Shown: positions 48,201 to 57,404, counted from the stretch's first letter. The stretch: 57,485 bases of DNA from an uncultured Dehalococcoidia bacterium (GCA_950072105.1 CATMOE010000016.1:1-57485), one strand, 5' to 3'. The notes: generated from the sequence alone by a model not told the origin. Program-made: numbers and translations.

Positions 48201-48673
48201 CTTCGGATATGGTTCTGAATAGCGTGGACCAACCTCTAGTCAATGCCGGTTGGGGAGCGCTTCTGGTGTTGATGTTCCTGGCGTTGGTCCTGGCCAGCGC
48301 CCTAGGTGTCATGCTCTTCTCATTCATCGACACTAAGGAACGGCAAACCGAATTCGCTTTGCTCCGTACTCTCGGAACTTCCAGGATCCAATTGAACGGC
48401 ACTGTCTGGTTCAGCGTGTTCCTGGTGGCCGTTTGCGGCGTTTCCTTGGGCACCCTGGCCGGATATTTGATCGGTGCAAGTCTGCTGCCGCTGATGGAGG
48501 TGGCGGAAGAGGGCGCCAAAGTTACTCCCCGGATGGTCCTGGAGACCAACTGGGTAACGTTGTCCGTGTCCTATATAATCCTTGGCGCGGTTACTTTGGC
48601 CACGGTATTATGGTTGGTATGGTTTACCGCCAAAATGGAGATACATCAGGTTCTGCGCATCGGTGAGGGTTAA
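45284..48673 (+). CDS. Large FtsX/MacB-like ABC permease (paralog of the preceding gene)
   Basis: EIAMLKSRGA, EFALLRTLG, DYFPTL shared with the paralog; ATGA overlap. Confidence 0.9.
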   Translation: MIALARLGYIIAVRRIISAWWLELVLFAGILLAVSLLASGVIFSDMLAEAALRHALTQASPPEANVWVRVFSGQDAPPTVEGRAAYYRAGLDFADKRVSSRFEPYINDQARLIETSTFFFLGHPQLELANDIRPRGEIKYMTGLAPKRSKILRGRWPYTGPNGGSPVPGQPLEVAIDVLGAELLGLDVGARMEAVPAASFPDPPPIAVDIVGVFQRDNPDDEFWYGTKKAFSYQDDKWTIVPLFTTEDAILRQIYALYPTLYTDVTWFYYLDREAIEAGQVDDILDVLRLVKYDVRTRLNNSSTGIRLDKVLNDYKEQLLLARIPLYLILFMITGILTYFLALITGLVVKSRAVEIAMLKSRGATSLQVGVLAVIEGLILSVPAALLGPLLALAVVRVLGQVFFGLGGSEDLATVPVVLSSNAFLVGLAGGLLGVVVLTGTTLMAARQGIVEFRQSGARPARTPFVHRYYLDMLLLGLISLMWWQIQNRGAFLVRPLGNQGLELDYSLLIGPVLLLLAVGLIVMRIFPIGVGLLARISEPVAPAWLVQGLRHVSRDPVVPGSLVVLLMFATALGFIGSAFSSTLERSQRDRALYAAGAGLRIDHGGMSRPTPLQGISKRVMDEGLAEWAVEVQRSSGHVTTTGFSTRGTLLAVEADNFAKVGWYRPDFAGGRTLEELTALLAPAPQDRPEGILLPKEATSLTVSVQPSRPNSNLSLRARLKDVHGYHFDVHIGDLGFRGWKRLEGEILPLLTRGSRSQDREGLIPITPPHTLLSLQITGRRGIPDPGAMFFGELGVNGPNGAEIVDSFHSLDNWQIIEDYSRPGLYGLESSESVVLPASVGSARYSWAPGSIGLRGIRPGPPERPLPALVSQPFLDLADAEVGDVRTVGLSTFSLPVEIKAVVDYFPTLDPSERPFVVVDLATFIRQSNLHSPRPTGGSNELWVNPGASGGDGSAIVDSLDNNGVRTRKTLVASDMVLNSVDQPLVNAGWGALLVLMFLALVLASALGVMLFSFIDTKERQTEFALLRTLGTSRIQLNGTVWFSVFLVAVCGVSLGTLAGYLIGASLLPLMEVAEEGAKVTPRMVLETNWVTLSVSYIILGAVTLATVLWLVWFTAKMEIHQVLRIGEG

Positions 48674-48751
48674 ATCAAGGCCATTCCCGGGCTCTCTTCT
48701 GGGATGGCGTAACGGCGGCAGAAATCGCAGGCATCAACGCAGAGGAGCGAT

Positions 48752-49729
48752 TTGGTAACGACACAAGGACATCCAGAAGACTCCGGCATCCAACCGGAAC
48801 AGTTAGGTCTGGAACGGACGGAGCCGCTTTACATAGAATGCCGAGACCTCTTTAAGATTTACAAGCGGGCCGAACTTGAAGTCGTCGCTCTACGGGGTCT
48901 TGACCTGGAAGTGGAAACCGGGGAGTTGATCGCCATCATCGGCGCCAGCGGCAGCGGTAAAAGCACTTTGATGAACGTTTTAGCCGGCTTGGACCGTCCG
49001 TCGGCGGGACAGGTGCGTGTCGGGTCACGGGACCTTCTGGACATCTCCGACAGCGAGTTGGTGATGTACCGGCGGCTAGACGTAGGGTTCGTTTGGCAAG
49101 CCACCGGCAGGAACCTGGTGCCCTACCTGAGTGTGGTCGATAACATCGAGTTGCCGATGGCGATGGCGGCCACATCCACCTCCGAACGGCGTACCTGGAG
49201 TTCCGAGCTTTTGTCCTCCCTCGGTTTGGGAGACAAGGCCGGCCGTCTACCTTACCAACTATCCGGCGGCGAACAACAGCGGGTGGCTATCGCCGTCGCT
49301 TTGGCCAACCGTCCGAACCTTCTACTGGCCGACGAACCCACCGGCGAACTCGATACTCAGACCGCCGGAGATGTCTTCGAGATGCTCCGGGACTTGAACC
49401 GGACATTCGGTGTCACCGTGGTGATGGTTACCCACTATCCCGGCGTCGCCCACTTCGTTGACCGGGTGGTCAATATCCGGGACGGGCGGATAAGCTCGGA
49501 GAGCTACTCCAGTCCAACTTTCCAGCGCCAGGGAGACCGGGTGGAAGAGGAGTACCTGGTGGTGGACCGGGCGGGACGTCTCCAGCTTCCTCAAGAGATG
49601 ACGGAGCAATTCGGAGTGGGAGGATTGGCCAAGGCCGGTCTGGAAGACGGCACGATCACTATCAAGCCGGTTGGCGACCGGCCACGCCCCAGCCGGGGTA
49701 ATTATCGAAGGGAGACCCCGGCGTCATGA
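48752..49729 (+). CDS. LolD/MacB-type ABC ATPase with C-terminal AbrB-like extension
   Basis: [25 protein letters not shown]; tail [14 protein letters not shown]...ITIKP. Confidence 0.92.
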   Translation: MVTTQGHPEDSGIQPEQLGLERTEPLYIECRDLFKIYKRAELEVVALRGLDLEVETGELIAIIGASGSGKSTLMNVLAGLDRPSAGQVRVGSRDLLDISDSELVMYRRLDVGFVWQATGRNLVPYLSVVDNIELPMAMAATSTSERRTWSSELLSSLGLGDKAGRLPYQLSGGEQQRVAIAVALANRPNLLLADEPTGELDTQTAGDVFEMLRDLNRTFGVTVVMVTHYPGVAHFVDRVVNIRDGRISSESYSSPTFQRQGDRVEEEYLVVDRAGRLQLPQEMTEQFGVGGLAKAGLEDGTITIKPVGDRPRPSRGNYRRETPAS

Positions 49730-50460
49730 TGGGACTCCGGGACTCCAGACCCCGTCCGGAGAGCATAATATCGGCCGAAGATTTGAGCAGGGTCTTCGGT
49801 AGCGGCGAAACGGCCGTGACCGCGGTTAATGCCGTGAACTTGGAAGTGCCCAAAGGGGAGTTGATGGCGGTGGTTGGCCGGTCTGGATCGGGTAAGACCA
49901 CTCTGTTGAATCTGCTGTCGGGGTTGGACCGGCCCACCAACGGCAAGGTTATGTTCCAAGGGCGGGACCTGGCCACGTTCAGTGAGTCCGACCTCGTGGA
50001 GCTTCGCCGCCACAAGATTGGGTTTGTTTTCCAGTCTTTTGGCTTAATGCCATTGTTGTCCGCTCAGGAGAACGTCGAACTGCCGTTGCATATCAGCGGA
50101 GTCTCTTGGCGGGATCGTCGCCGCCGTGCTATGGCCTCCCTGGACCTGGTAGGCCTAGGCCCCCGGGCACGGCACAGGCCCTACGAGCTGTCCGGCGGCG
50201 AGCAGCAGAGGGTATCCATCGCCCGGGCTTTGGTCACCGGTCCGGAAGCCATCTTTGCCGACGAGCCTACCGGCGAACTGGACACCACCACGGCTTTGTC
50301 CATTGGGAGCATCCTGAAAGACGTGGTTAAAGAGAGTAAGGCGACGATAATAATCGCCACCCACGATCTGACACTGGCCGGAATCTGCGACAGCGTGATA
50401 CAGATCGCCGATGGAGCCCTGGGTGGATCACCCGATCTACGCCCCAGCGAATCTCGTTAA
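49726..50460 (+). CDS. LolD/MacB-type ABC ATPase
   Basis: [25 protein letters not shown]. Confidence 0.93.
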   Translation: MMGLRDSRPRPESIISAEDLSRVFGSGETAVTAVNAVNLEVPKGELMAVVGRSGSGKTTLLNLLSGLDRPTNGKVMFQGRDLATFSESDLVELRRHKIGFVFQSFGLMPLLSAQENVELPLHISGVSWRDRRRRAMASLDLVGLGPRARHRPYELSGGEQQRVSIARALVTGPEAIFADEPTGELDTTTALSIGSILKDVVKESKATIIIATHDLTLAGICDSVIQIADGALGGSPDLRPSESR

Positions 50461-50571
50461 CGTTTATCCCCGCGGCGCTCATGCCGTTCGAATCTGCATC
50501 CTTTAGCGCGGCGTATGATTCAATGACGCTACCCCGTTAAGTTTTTCATGAGTTCGACTTTCCGACAAAGC

Positions 50572-51542
50572 ATGAGATTTCTCAAAACGATTCTGGTGAC
50601 CGCATCGATTGCGGGCGGCGCGGGATTTCTGGCCGCTTGCGGCGGTGCCGTTGAGCCACAGTCCACGGCCATCCCGTCCACTATTGGTACCGCCGCGGCA
50701 CAACCTGAAGTTGATCCCACGAAGGGCCGTGCCCAAGATGCTACTCAGACCCCGTTACCCACCGCTAAAGCGACACCAGCCGCGCTGCTGGAGCCAACGT
50801 CTGATGTACCAACGGGTTCCCCCCACAAACTGCGACTGCCACTCCTGCCGGCCCTCCTCCGGCCACGAAACCCACCCCCACGCGGCCTCCCACCATCGCG
50901 CCTGCGAACACACCGGTTTCCACCGCCACTCAAGCACCCACCGCGACACCGCCGCCGACTTGTTCGCACAGCGATCAAAGCTTGAATAGTGGGGCTAGCC
51001 GCGTAACGGTGGATCTGACGGAGAATTCCATTGGCCGATTCCGGGTACGAGAGCAGTTCGCCCGGGTAAGTCTGCCCAACGATGCCGTGGGGGAAACACG
51101 TGAGGTCAGCGGGTCGTTGGTGTTCGACGGCTCCGGCGCGGTCGTGTCCGGCCAGTCTAAGATCATCGTGGGTCTGCACTCCTTGCAAAGTGACGAAGAC
51201 GATAGAGACGAATTCTTGCGGACGAACTCGCTGCAGTCGGAGAAATTCCCCTTGGCGGAGTTGGTGGTTCGTGAGACGCCGGGAATGCCGTGGCCCATTC
51301 CTTGCCAGGGAGAAGTGCTCTTTCAGATCGACGGGGACATGACGGTGCATGGTGTGACGGTCCCGATGACTTGGGACGCGACGGTCCAGTTCCGTCCGGA
51401 CGGCGTCAAGGGCCTGATGACGATAAATTTCCCCTTCAGCACCTTCGATATGAAGAAACCCAGAAAGCTCTTTTTGCTGTCGGTGGATGATGACATCAGG
51501 CTGGAGTTGCAGTTCGACGCTCCCATCACCGCAAGCCCGTAG
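50572..51542 (+). pseudogene. YceI-domain lipoprotein with Pro/Thr linker, frameshifted at a C6 run (50819-50824)
   Basis: Lipobox FLAAC; adding one C gives PQTATATPAGPPPATKPTPTRPPT... in frame with the YceI domain (FRVREQ, RDEFLR, GDMTVHGVT). Confidence 0.85.
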
Positions 51543-51636
51543 AAGTCTTGATCTGGCGTTCCGGCAGCGGTTGACAGCTAACTCCCGGCGGCTACAATTA
51601 AGAAAACCTGGTCCGATTCGATACGAGAGGAATTAC

Positions 51637-52827
51637 ATGATTACCAAATTCGATAGTCTTTTTGCCGGGCACGTGGACATGGACGACGTTGGATATGCGG
51701 GTGCCGCCGTCAATGATCGATCATTTTCCGATGAACACCTGACCACGGTGTTCGACAAAGCCGAAATTATCGCCACAACGCTGGACCGGTTGGGCTACGA
51801 CACCTTCTGGATGGCGGAGCACCACTTCCAACCGGAAGGGTATGAGTGCATCCCCAACTTATTGATGCTCCAAGTTCACCTGGCTCACTTGACCAAAAAT
51901 ATCAAGCTGGGCTGCGCGTTTAACATCGCTCCCATGTGGCATCCGTTGCGTCTGGCTGAGGACTATGCCACCGCGGATATCTTGACCGGCGGGCGGGTTA
52001 TTTTTGGCGTCGGCCGAGGCTACCACACCCGGGAAGTTGAGACCTTTGGAAACCCATTGCTGGATCAAACGGCCAACCGGGAGCTGTTCGAGGAGCAGGT
52101 AGACATAATATTCAAGGCTTTCAACGAAAGGTCCTTCTCCCACCACGGCAAGTACTACGACATCCCGCCCCAGATACCCTACCGGGGCTACGAACTATCG
52201 GAAATCACTATGGTCCCTCGTCCTCGAAACCTGCCCGTGGAGTGCTGGCAGCCCATCCAAGGCGGCACCCAGCGAGCGCTGGATTTCATGGCGAAGCATG
52301 GCATCAAGGGAATCATCGGCGGCGGGGTGGCCGAGGGCGGCGTCATGGACGCGACCATGGAAGACTATCGGGCAGCGCTGGTCCGGGCCGGGAGGCCCGA
52401 TGCCCAACTGGGTGAAGACCTCAGTGTAGGCTTCCACTTCTTCCTGTCGGAGACCGTGGAGAAGGGTATCAAGGAATCCGCCAAGTTCTACGAAGAAAAC
52501 GTGAAGATGTTCGGTCCCTTGCGGCTGCACCGAGGGCTAAGCGAGCAGCAGATGGTGGACATCGCCGATCCTCGCCGGGCGCCCAGCGCCGGTCTTCCCA
52601 CCTTGGACGAAGCGGTGAACAACGGGGCGGTCCTTTGCGGTCCGCCCGACCGGATCATCGAGCAACTCAACGCGGTGGCCGAACGCTATCCTGGCTTGGA
52701 CCGCGTGGGAGTCAGCCACCCCGTGGGCACGCCTCAAAGCGTGATTCTAGAGCAGTTGGAGTGGTTCGCCAAAGAGGTCATTCCGGCGTTCAAGGGTAAA
52801 GTGGAAGTAACCGGTCCATCCGACTAG
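51637..52827 (+). CDS. LLM-class flavin-dependent oxidoreductase
   Basis: FWMAEHHF, HPLRLAED, GRVIFGVGRGY, FAKEVIPAF; ATG 51637 after GAGG; TTGACA-N16-TACAAT upstream. Confidence 0.93.
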   Translation: MITKFDSLFAGHVDMDDVGYAGAAVNDRSFSDEHLTTVFDKAEIIATTLDRLGYDTFWMAEHHFQPEGYECIPNLLMLQVHLAHLTKNIKLGCAFNIAPMWHPLRLAEDYATADILTGGRVIFGVGRGYHTREVETFGNPLLDQTANRELFEEQVDIIFKAFNERSFSHHGKYYDIPPQIPYRGYELSEITMVPRPRNLPVECWQPIQGGTQRALDFMAKHGIKGIIGGGVAEGGVMDATMEDYRAALVRAGRPDAQLGEDLSVGFHFFLSETVEKGIKESAKFYEENVKMFGPLRLHRGLSEQQMVDIADPRRAPSAGLPTLDEAVNNGAVLCGPPDRIIEQLNAVAERYPGLDRVGVSHPVGTPQSVILEQLEWFAKEVIPAFKGKVEVTGPSD

Positions 52828-52848
52828 ACGTACCGTCTGGATGTGGGG

Positions 52849-52892
52849 AAATCCCTGGCCTCTGGAAACTTGAGGCTGGGGATTTTAATTTG
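52849..52892 (+). terminator. Intrinsic terminator after the LLM gene
   Basis: AAATCCCTGGCCTC-N9-GAGGCTGGGGATTT then TAATTTGT. Confidence 0.65.
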
Positions 52893-52942
52893 TTAGGGCA
52901 GTCCGCCACCTGCGGCATGAATGTCTTGGCCTCGGGCTGTCG

Positions 52943-52975
52943 TTGACACTCAATATGCTCTGCCATTACACTCCC
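52943..52975 (+). promoter_or_regulatory. Sigma70-type promoter of the selenoprotein operon
   Basis: TTGACA-N18-TACACT; shares GCCATTACACTCCC with the promoter at 41802. Confidence 0.6.
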
Positions 52976-53012
52976 AATCAACCGAATACCCCTCAGCAGA
53001 GGGCAGAGGAAC

Positions 53013-54086
53013 ATGAGCGAAAGGCATACCGACGTGGCGACCCCGGCCGAATCTTTGGGTCCACTTCTGGACTCCATCGACCTGATGTACGAGACCGGCT
53101 GGACCGATGGGCTTCCGGTGGTCCCGCCGACCCGAGAACGAGTAAAGCAGTTCACGGATGTTCTTTCGCCCCGTGATCCCGGCGAACTGATCGCTGAAAT
53201 ACCCCCATTGGGCGGGAACGCGACTATCGAGCGGGTGGCGGTCAACGCCGTCATGGCTGGCTGCTTGCCCGAATACATGCCGGTGGTGGTCGCCGCCATC
53301 AAAGCTATGGTGGACGACCGGTTCAACCTGCGGGGCGTCCAGTGCTCAACCGGGATCCACACCCCATTGGTCATCGTAAACGGCCCCATCGCGAAAAAAC
53401 TCGACATCAACTCGGGCTACAACTGTTTCGGCCAGGGATGGCGGGCCAACGCCACCATCGGCCGGGCGGTGAAGCTAGTCCTGGTAAACCTGGGCGGAGC
53501 GTTCCCCGGCGAAACCAACAAGTCCACCTTTGGACATCCGGGCAGCTACACCTACTGCATGGCTGAAGCCGAGGATGCCAGTCCCTGGGAACCCTACCAC
53601 GTGGAGTTGGGATACGCGGCGGAGGACAACACCGTCACGGTGTTCCCCGCCGAAGCGCCCCACAACGTCATGTACCACGCGGCCAATTCGCGGGACTTCC
53701 TTACCGTGTTAGCCGACACCATGTGCACCCTGGGCAACGTGCAGATGTACGTCATGGGCAGCACCTGCGTCGTTCTGGGGCCGGAGCACGCCCGTATGCT
53801 GTCCGAGGACCGATGGCGCAAGCGGGACATCAAAACCTTCCTCTTCGAGCACGCGCGGAAGCCCGTGAGGCTTCTGAGGCATGGCGGACCACCAGTAGGG
53901 GATTCGCAACGGTCACACCTGTGGCCCCGGTTCGTGGATGCAGACGACGACGACCAGATGGTTCCGGTGGTTCGCCGTCCGGAGGATATCCACATCTTCG
54001 TTGCCGGCGGCGCCGGAGGTCCCCACTCGGCGTATCTGCCTGGTTGGGGATCGCGTATGGTAACCGAAAAGATTCAGGAAGCCTGA
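53013..54086 (+). CDS. Conserved hypothetical partner of the UGSC selenoprotein
   Basis: GWTDGLPVVPPT, AVNAVMAGC.PEY, VNGP, RANATIGRA, GGAGGPHS; stop codon abuts the RBS of the next gene. Confidence 0.85.
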   Translation: MSERHTDVATPAESLGPLLDSIDLMYETGWTDGLPVVPPTRERVKQFTDVLSPRDPGELIAEIPPLGGNATIERVAVNAVMAGCLPEYMPVVVAAIKAMVDDRFNLRGVQCSTGIHTPLVIVNGPIAKKLDINSGYNCFGQGWRANATIGRAVKLVLVNLGGAFPGETNKSTFGHPGSYTYCMAEAEDASPWEPYHVELGYAAEDNTVTVFPAEAPHNVMYHAANSRDFLTVLADTMCTLGNVQMYVMGSTCVVLGPEHARMLSEDRWRKRDIKTFLFEHARKPVRLLRHGGPPVGDSQRSHLWPRFVDADDDDQMVPVVRRPEDIHIFVAGGAGGPHSAYLPGWGSRMVTEKIQEA

Positions 54087-54096
54087 GGAGAGATTC

Positions 54097-54666
54097 ATGG
54101 TCAATACACCCGGCGAACGGGTTCAGGAGCAGTTGCGGCGGTGGGATATTCTAGCGGCCAATGATCCCGGCTCCAAATCCAAGTGGCAAGCGGCGGCCAG
54201 GCTTGGCAGTCTGCATGGCAAGACCGGCGGCTTCCTGGGAAACCGCAAGGACAACGCCAATCCCCTTCTCTTGGCCATCAGAGAGTTGCTGGACAAGCAG
54301 TTCGAACTCTCCGACTCTCTGGTCATCAACAAGTTTATCTACTCCAGGCCGGCCGCTGACAACATCGTCGATGCGCTGTCGGAGCGGTGCGACTTCGTGG
54401 TGACCGCCATCGCCGATTGAGGCTCCTGCACGTCGTGCAGTGTGCACGACGCCATGTCTCTGGAGAATCGGGGCGTTCCCACGGTGGTGATCTGCACCGG
54501 CCCCTTCCTGAACTCGGCCAACCTTCACGCGCGTGTATTTGGGCGCTCGGGTTTCCAGCCGGTGGTGATAACCCATCCGCTGGGAGGATTGAAGCCGGAG
54601 TTGGTCAATGAGAAGGCCGCGGCGGCCGCCGAGCAGATCGTCGCCGCGTTAACCGAGCAAGGGTAG
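54097..54666 (+). CDS. UGSC-family selenoprotein (189 aa, Sec at residue 108)
   Basis: Track ORFs 54097..54420 and 54442..54666 are in one frame: TAIAD-(TGA)-GSCTSCSVHDAMSLENRGVPTV; SECIS-like hairpin follows. Confidence 0.9.
54431..54451 (+). promoter_or_regulatory. Bacterial SECIS-like stem-loop
   Basis: CGTCGTGCA-GTG-TGCACGACG, perfect 9-bp stem beginning after a 10-nt spacer from the TGA, with G/GU in the apical loop. Confidence 0.75.
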
Positions 54667-54797
54667 CAAGAACTTCTTACTTTCGATAATCGTTGCCTTG
54701 TCCGAATTGTTCATTGGCTGTTGCCGCATCGGCGCGGGATTGCCAGCTGGATAGAGTACATCCGTAATCGAACAGTAAGTTCACACCAGGGGACTTC

Positions 54798-55436
54798 ATG
54801 TACCTTCCCAAGCACTACGCCGTTACCGATAGGCAGCAGCTCCACGACTTCATCAAGGGAAACGGCTTCGGCATCCTATTCTCCGGCAGTGGTCCCGAGC
54901 CGGTGGCCAGCCACTTGCCTTTTATCCTTGATGAGAGCGCCGGAGAGCAAGGGACACTCCTGTCCCACATGGCCGGAGCCAACCGGCAGTGGCGGCATGC
55001 CGACGGTCAACAAGTCCTGACCGTCTTCCACGGGCCCCACACTTATGTGTCGCCAACCTGGTACCAGGACCCGGAGACCGTTCCGACCTGGAACTATGTG
55101 GCGGTGCACGTCTACGGAATCCTGAAAGTAGTTCAGGACCAGGAACGGATCCAAAACATCCTCGCCCGGATCACCGACTACTACGAGGCCTCTTTGCCGC
55201 AGCCGTGGAAGGCCGAATTCACCTCGGAGTATGCCCAACAGATGGTTAAGCGCATCGTGGCATTCGAGATTGAAATCGACAAGATGCAGGGGAAATGGAA
55301 GCTGAACCAGAATCATCCGGAGGAGCGCCGCCGGAGAGTGGTGGATGTGCTCAAAACCATGCCCGATGATAACTCTCAGGGTATAGTAACTCTGATGGAG
55401 CCGGGCCTTGATTCGAAAGACGCGGGTGAGGGTTAA
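54798..55436 (+). CDS. FMN-binding PaiB-family protein
   Basis: MYLPKHY, SHLPF, HMAGAN.QW, GPHTYVSPTWY, VPTWNY.AVH, KWKLNQN. Confidence 0.92.
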   Translation: MYLPKHYAVTDRQQLHDFIKGNGFGILFSGSGPEPVASHLPFILDESAGEQGTLLSHMAGANRQWRHADGQQVLTVFHGPHTYVSPTWYQDPETVPTWNYVAVHVYGILKVVQDQERIQNILARITDYYEASLPQPWKAEFTSEYAQQMVKRIVAFEIEIDKMQGKWKLNQNHPEERRRRVVDVLKTMPDDNSQGIVTLMEPGLDSKDAGEG

Positions 55437-55499
55437 TCGAAGGAATCCAGGCATTTCGCAGATTCCCTACGCCGGTCCATCGATAGCAAGGAGAATGCA

Positions 55500-56675
55500 G
55501 TGAGCGGAGCGTTGCAGGGAGTCAAGGTTCTGGAGATTGGGAGCTACGTCACCGGGCCGTACGCCGGGATGCTGCTGGGCGACTTGGGCGCGGAGGTCAT
55601 CAAGGTCGAGAACAAACCCTATGGCGACCCTTTTCGCGGCTGGGGCCGCACGGTGCTCAACCCCACCTTCTGCAGTCTCAACCGGAACAAGAAGAGCATA
55701 ACCCTTAATCTCAAGACCAACGAAGCGCGGGATATCTTCCTGCGGCTTGCCGACGATGCCGATGTAATCATCGAGAACCTGCGTCCGGGCTCCGTCGACG
55801 GCTTGGGTATCGGCCACGAAACGGTCCGGGCCCGCAACCCGCGCATCGTGTACTGCTCAATCTCCGGGTTCGGCTCCGAGGGGCCTTATGCCCAACTCCC
55901 CGCCTATGACACCATCGGGCAGGCGATGGGCGGACTGCTCAGTCTGTTAACCGACCTGGACGACCCGAAACCGATGGGAATCTCCCTGGCGGACCATCTG
56001 ACCGGCATCTTCGCCAGCTACGGCATCTTGGCCGCGCTGCATGCGCGCACCATCACCGGCGAAGGGCAGCTTGTGGAGACGTCGCTCCTCCAATCCATGG
56101 TTTCCTTCGTGCAGGAAAACGCGGCCAATTACTTCGAGGAATCCCGAGTGCCGCGCCGGGACACCCGGCCCCGGGGCCCCCAGGCCCACTGCTTCGTCGC
56201 CGGCGACGGCCTTCCCTTCGTCATCCATCTCTCCTCGCCGGAGAAGTTTTGGGTGGGTCTGACCGATGCCGTAGGCCGCCCGGAGATGCGGGATGACGCA
56301 CGATTCGCCGACCGTCCCGCCCGAACCCAGCATTACGACGAGCTTCACGACCTGCTTGCCGATGCCTTCGCCGCGGCCCCAAGGGATGAATGGATCTCCA
56401 GGCTGCGGGAGGAGGATGTTCCGTGCAGCCCGCTGAACACGTTGGAAGAGGTGTTCCAGGACCCTCAGGTCCAGGCGCTGGGAATGTCCATCGACCTGGA
56501 ACGCCCGGGCGGTACCCCGGTAAGGGTGGCCGGAAGCGCTATCCGCCTGTCGGCCACTCCACCCACCTACGACCTCCGCCCTCCGTTGCTAGGCGAGCAC
56601 AACGAGGAGGTGCTGCAGTCTCTGGGCTACGACGCTGATGCTATAAAGCAACTGGTGAACAGCGAAGCTGTTTAG
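55500..56675 (+). CDS. CaiB/BaiF family III CoA-transferase
   Basis: GDLGAEVIKVE, NRNKKSITLNL, ENLRPG, ISGFG, AYD, PPLLGEH. Confidence 0.95.
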   Translation: MSGALQGVKVLEIGSYVTGPYAGMLLGDLGAEVIKVENKPYGDPFRGWGRTVLNPTFCSLNRNKKSITLNLKTNEARDIFLRLADDADVIIENLRPGSVDGLGIGHETVRARNPRIVYCSISGFGSEGPYAQLPAYDTIGQAMGGLLSLLTDLDDPKPMGISLADHLTGIFASYGILAALHARTITGEGQLVETSLLQSMVSFVQENAANYFEESRVPRRDTRPRGPQAHCFVAGDGLPFVIHLSSPEKFWVGLTDAVGRPEMRDDARFADRPARTQHYDELHDLLADAFAAAPRDEWISRLREEDVPCSPLNTLEEVFQDPQVQALGMSIDLERPGGTPVRVAGSAIRLSATPPTYDLRPPLLGEHNEEVLQSLGYDADAIKQLVNSEAV

Positions 56676-56729
56676 TGGGGGAGCGCTTGGGGACCTAAGC
56701 CACCTTGGCCGCCGAACGATTCGCCGCGA

Positions 56730-57171
56730 TCAGGAGGAAACGCCCACCAACTGGCGGTGGTATTCCCCTTCCTCAGGCCGGCGCCGGAAGGCTTCGATGT
56801 CTTCGAAGTACACCTCGTTGCTATTGCCGTCGGGATCGTTGAAATAGACGCCCCCGAATAGCTGTTGGAGCGAACCCGGAACAACTCGATCCCCTGGGAA
56901 ACGAGCTGGTCGCAGATCTCCTGTAAATCGTCGAAGGTCGCCATCTCCCAGGCCAGGTGGTTGGATCCGACGCTCTTGATTCCTGTTCCCGGTCATTGGG
57001 ACTTATCTCTCTGAGAACGATCTCCTGGGAATGCTCCCTTGCGCTGAGGTTAACGCCATTCTCCCGGCGGCTGACCACTCCCAGCCCGATCGCCTCGGTG
57101 TAGAACGCTTCGGACCGAGCCAGGTTGCTAACTCGTATGTTGGTGTGCCCCAATTGCATCGGCTTGGCCAT
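56730..57171 (-). pseudogene. VOC/glyoxalase family protein with two 1-bp frameshifts
   Basis: LGHTNIRVSNLARSEAFY (first frame), VGSNHLAWEMATFDDL (second frame), GVYFNDPDGNSNEVY (third frame); shifts near 56975 and at the C5 run 56851-56855; AGGAGG RBS. Confidence 0.85.
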
Positions 57172-57404
57172 AGTCGAACCCCTCCTGGCTAAGTTTTGTC
57201 ATCGTGAGCATGTCTGCCAGCCCGCCAATAGGCGGCGTTTATGTAATCGAATTTACAGAGTTCTAACCCAAGTCCTTGCATCGTCCGCAATTCTAGACCT
57301 AATATTCCGCCATCGAGAAAATGGACCTTTGCGCGATCGCCTGTTGACTCTTGCGGCATCGCCGTTTATTATTGGCCCACAATAGATTCCAGCATTAACA
57401 ATTA

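Noticed and set aside
54084..54097. Read-through fusion of the partner gene to the UGSC gene
   Set aside because: The two genes are in different frames and the TGA is followed by a normal RBS.
843..56638. Numerous antisense and alternate-frame ORFs in the track (e.g. 7856..8464, 31077..31781, 47510..48232)
   Set aside because: Shadows of well-supported genes in GC-rich DNA with no recognisable motifs.
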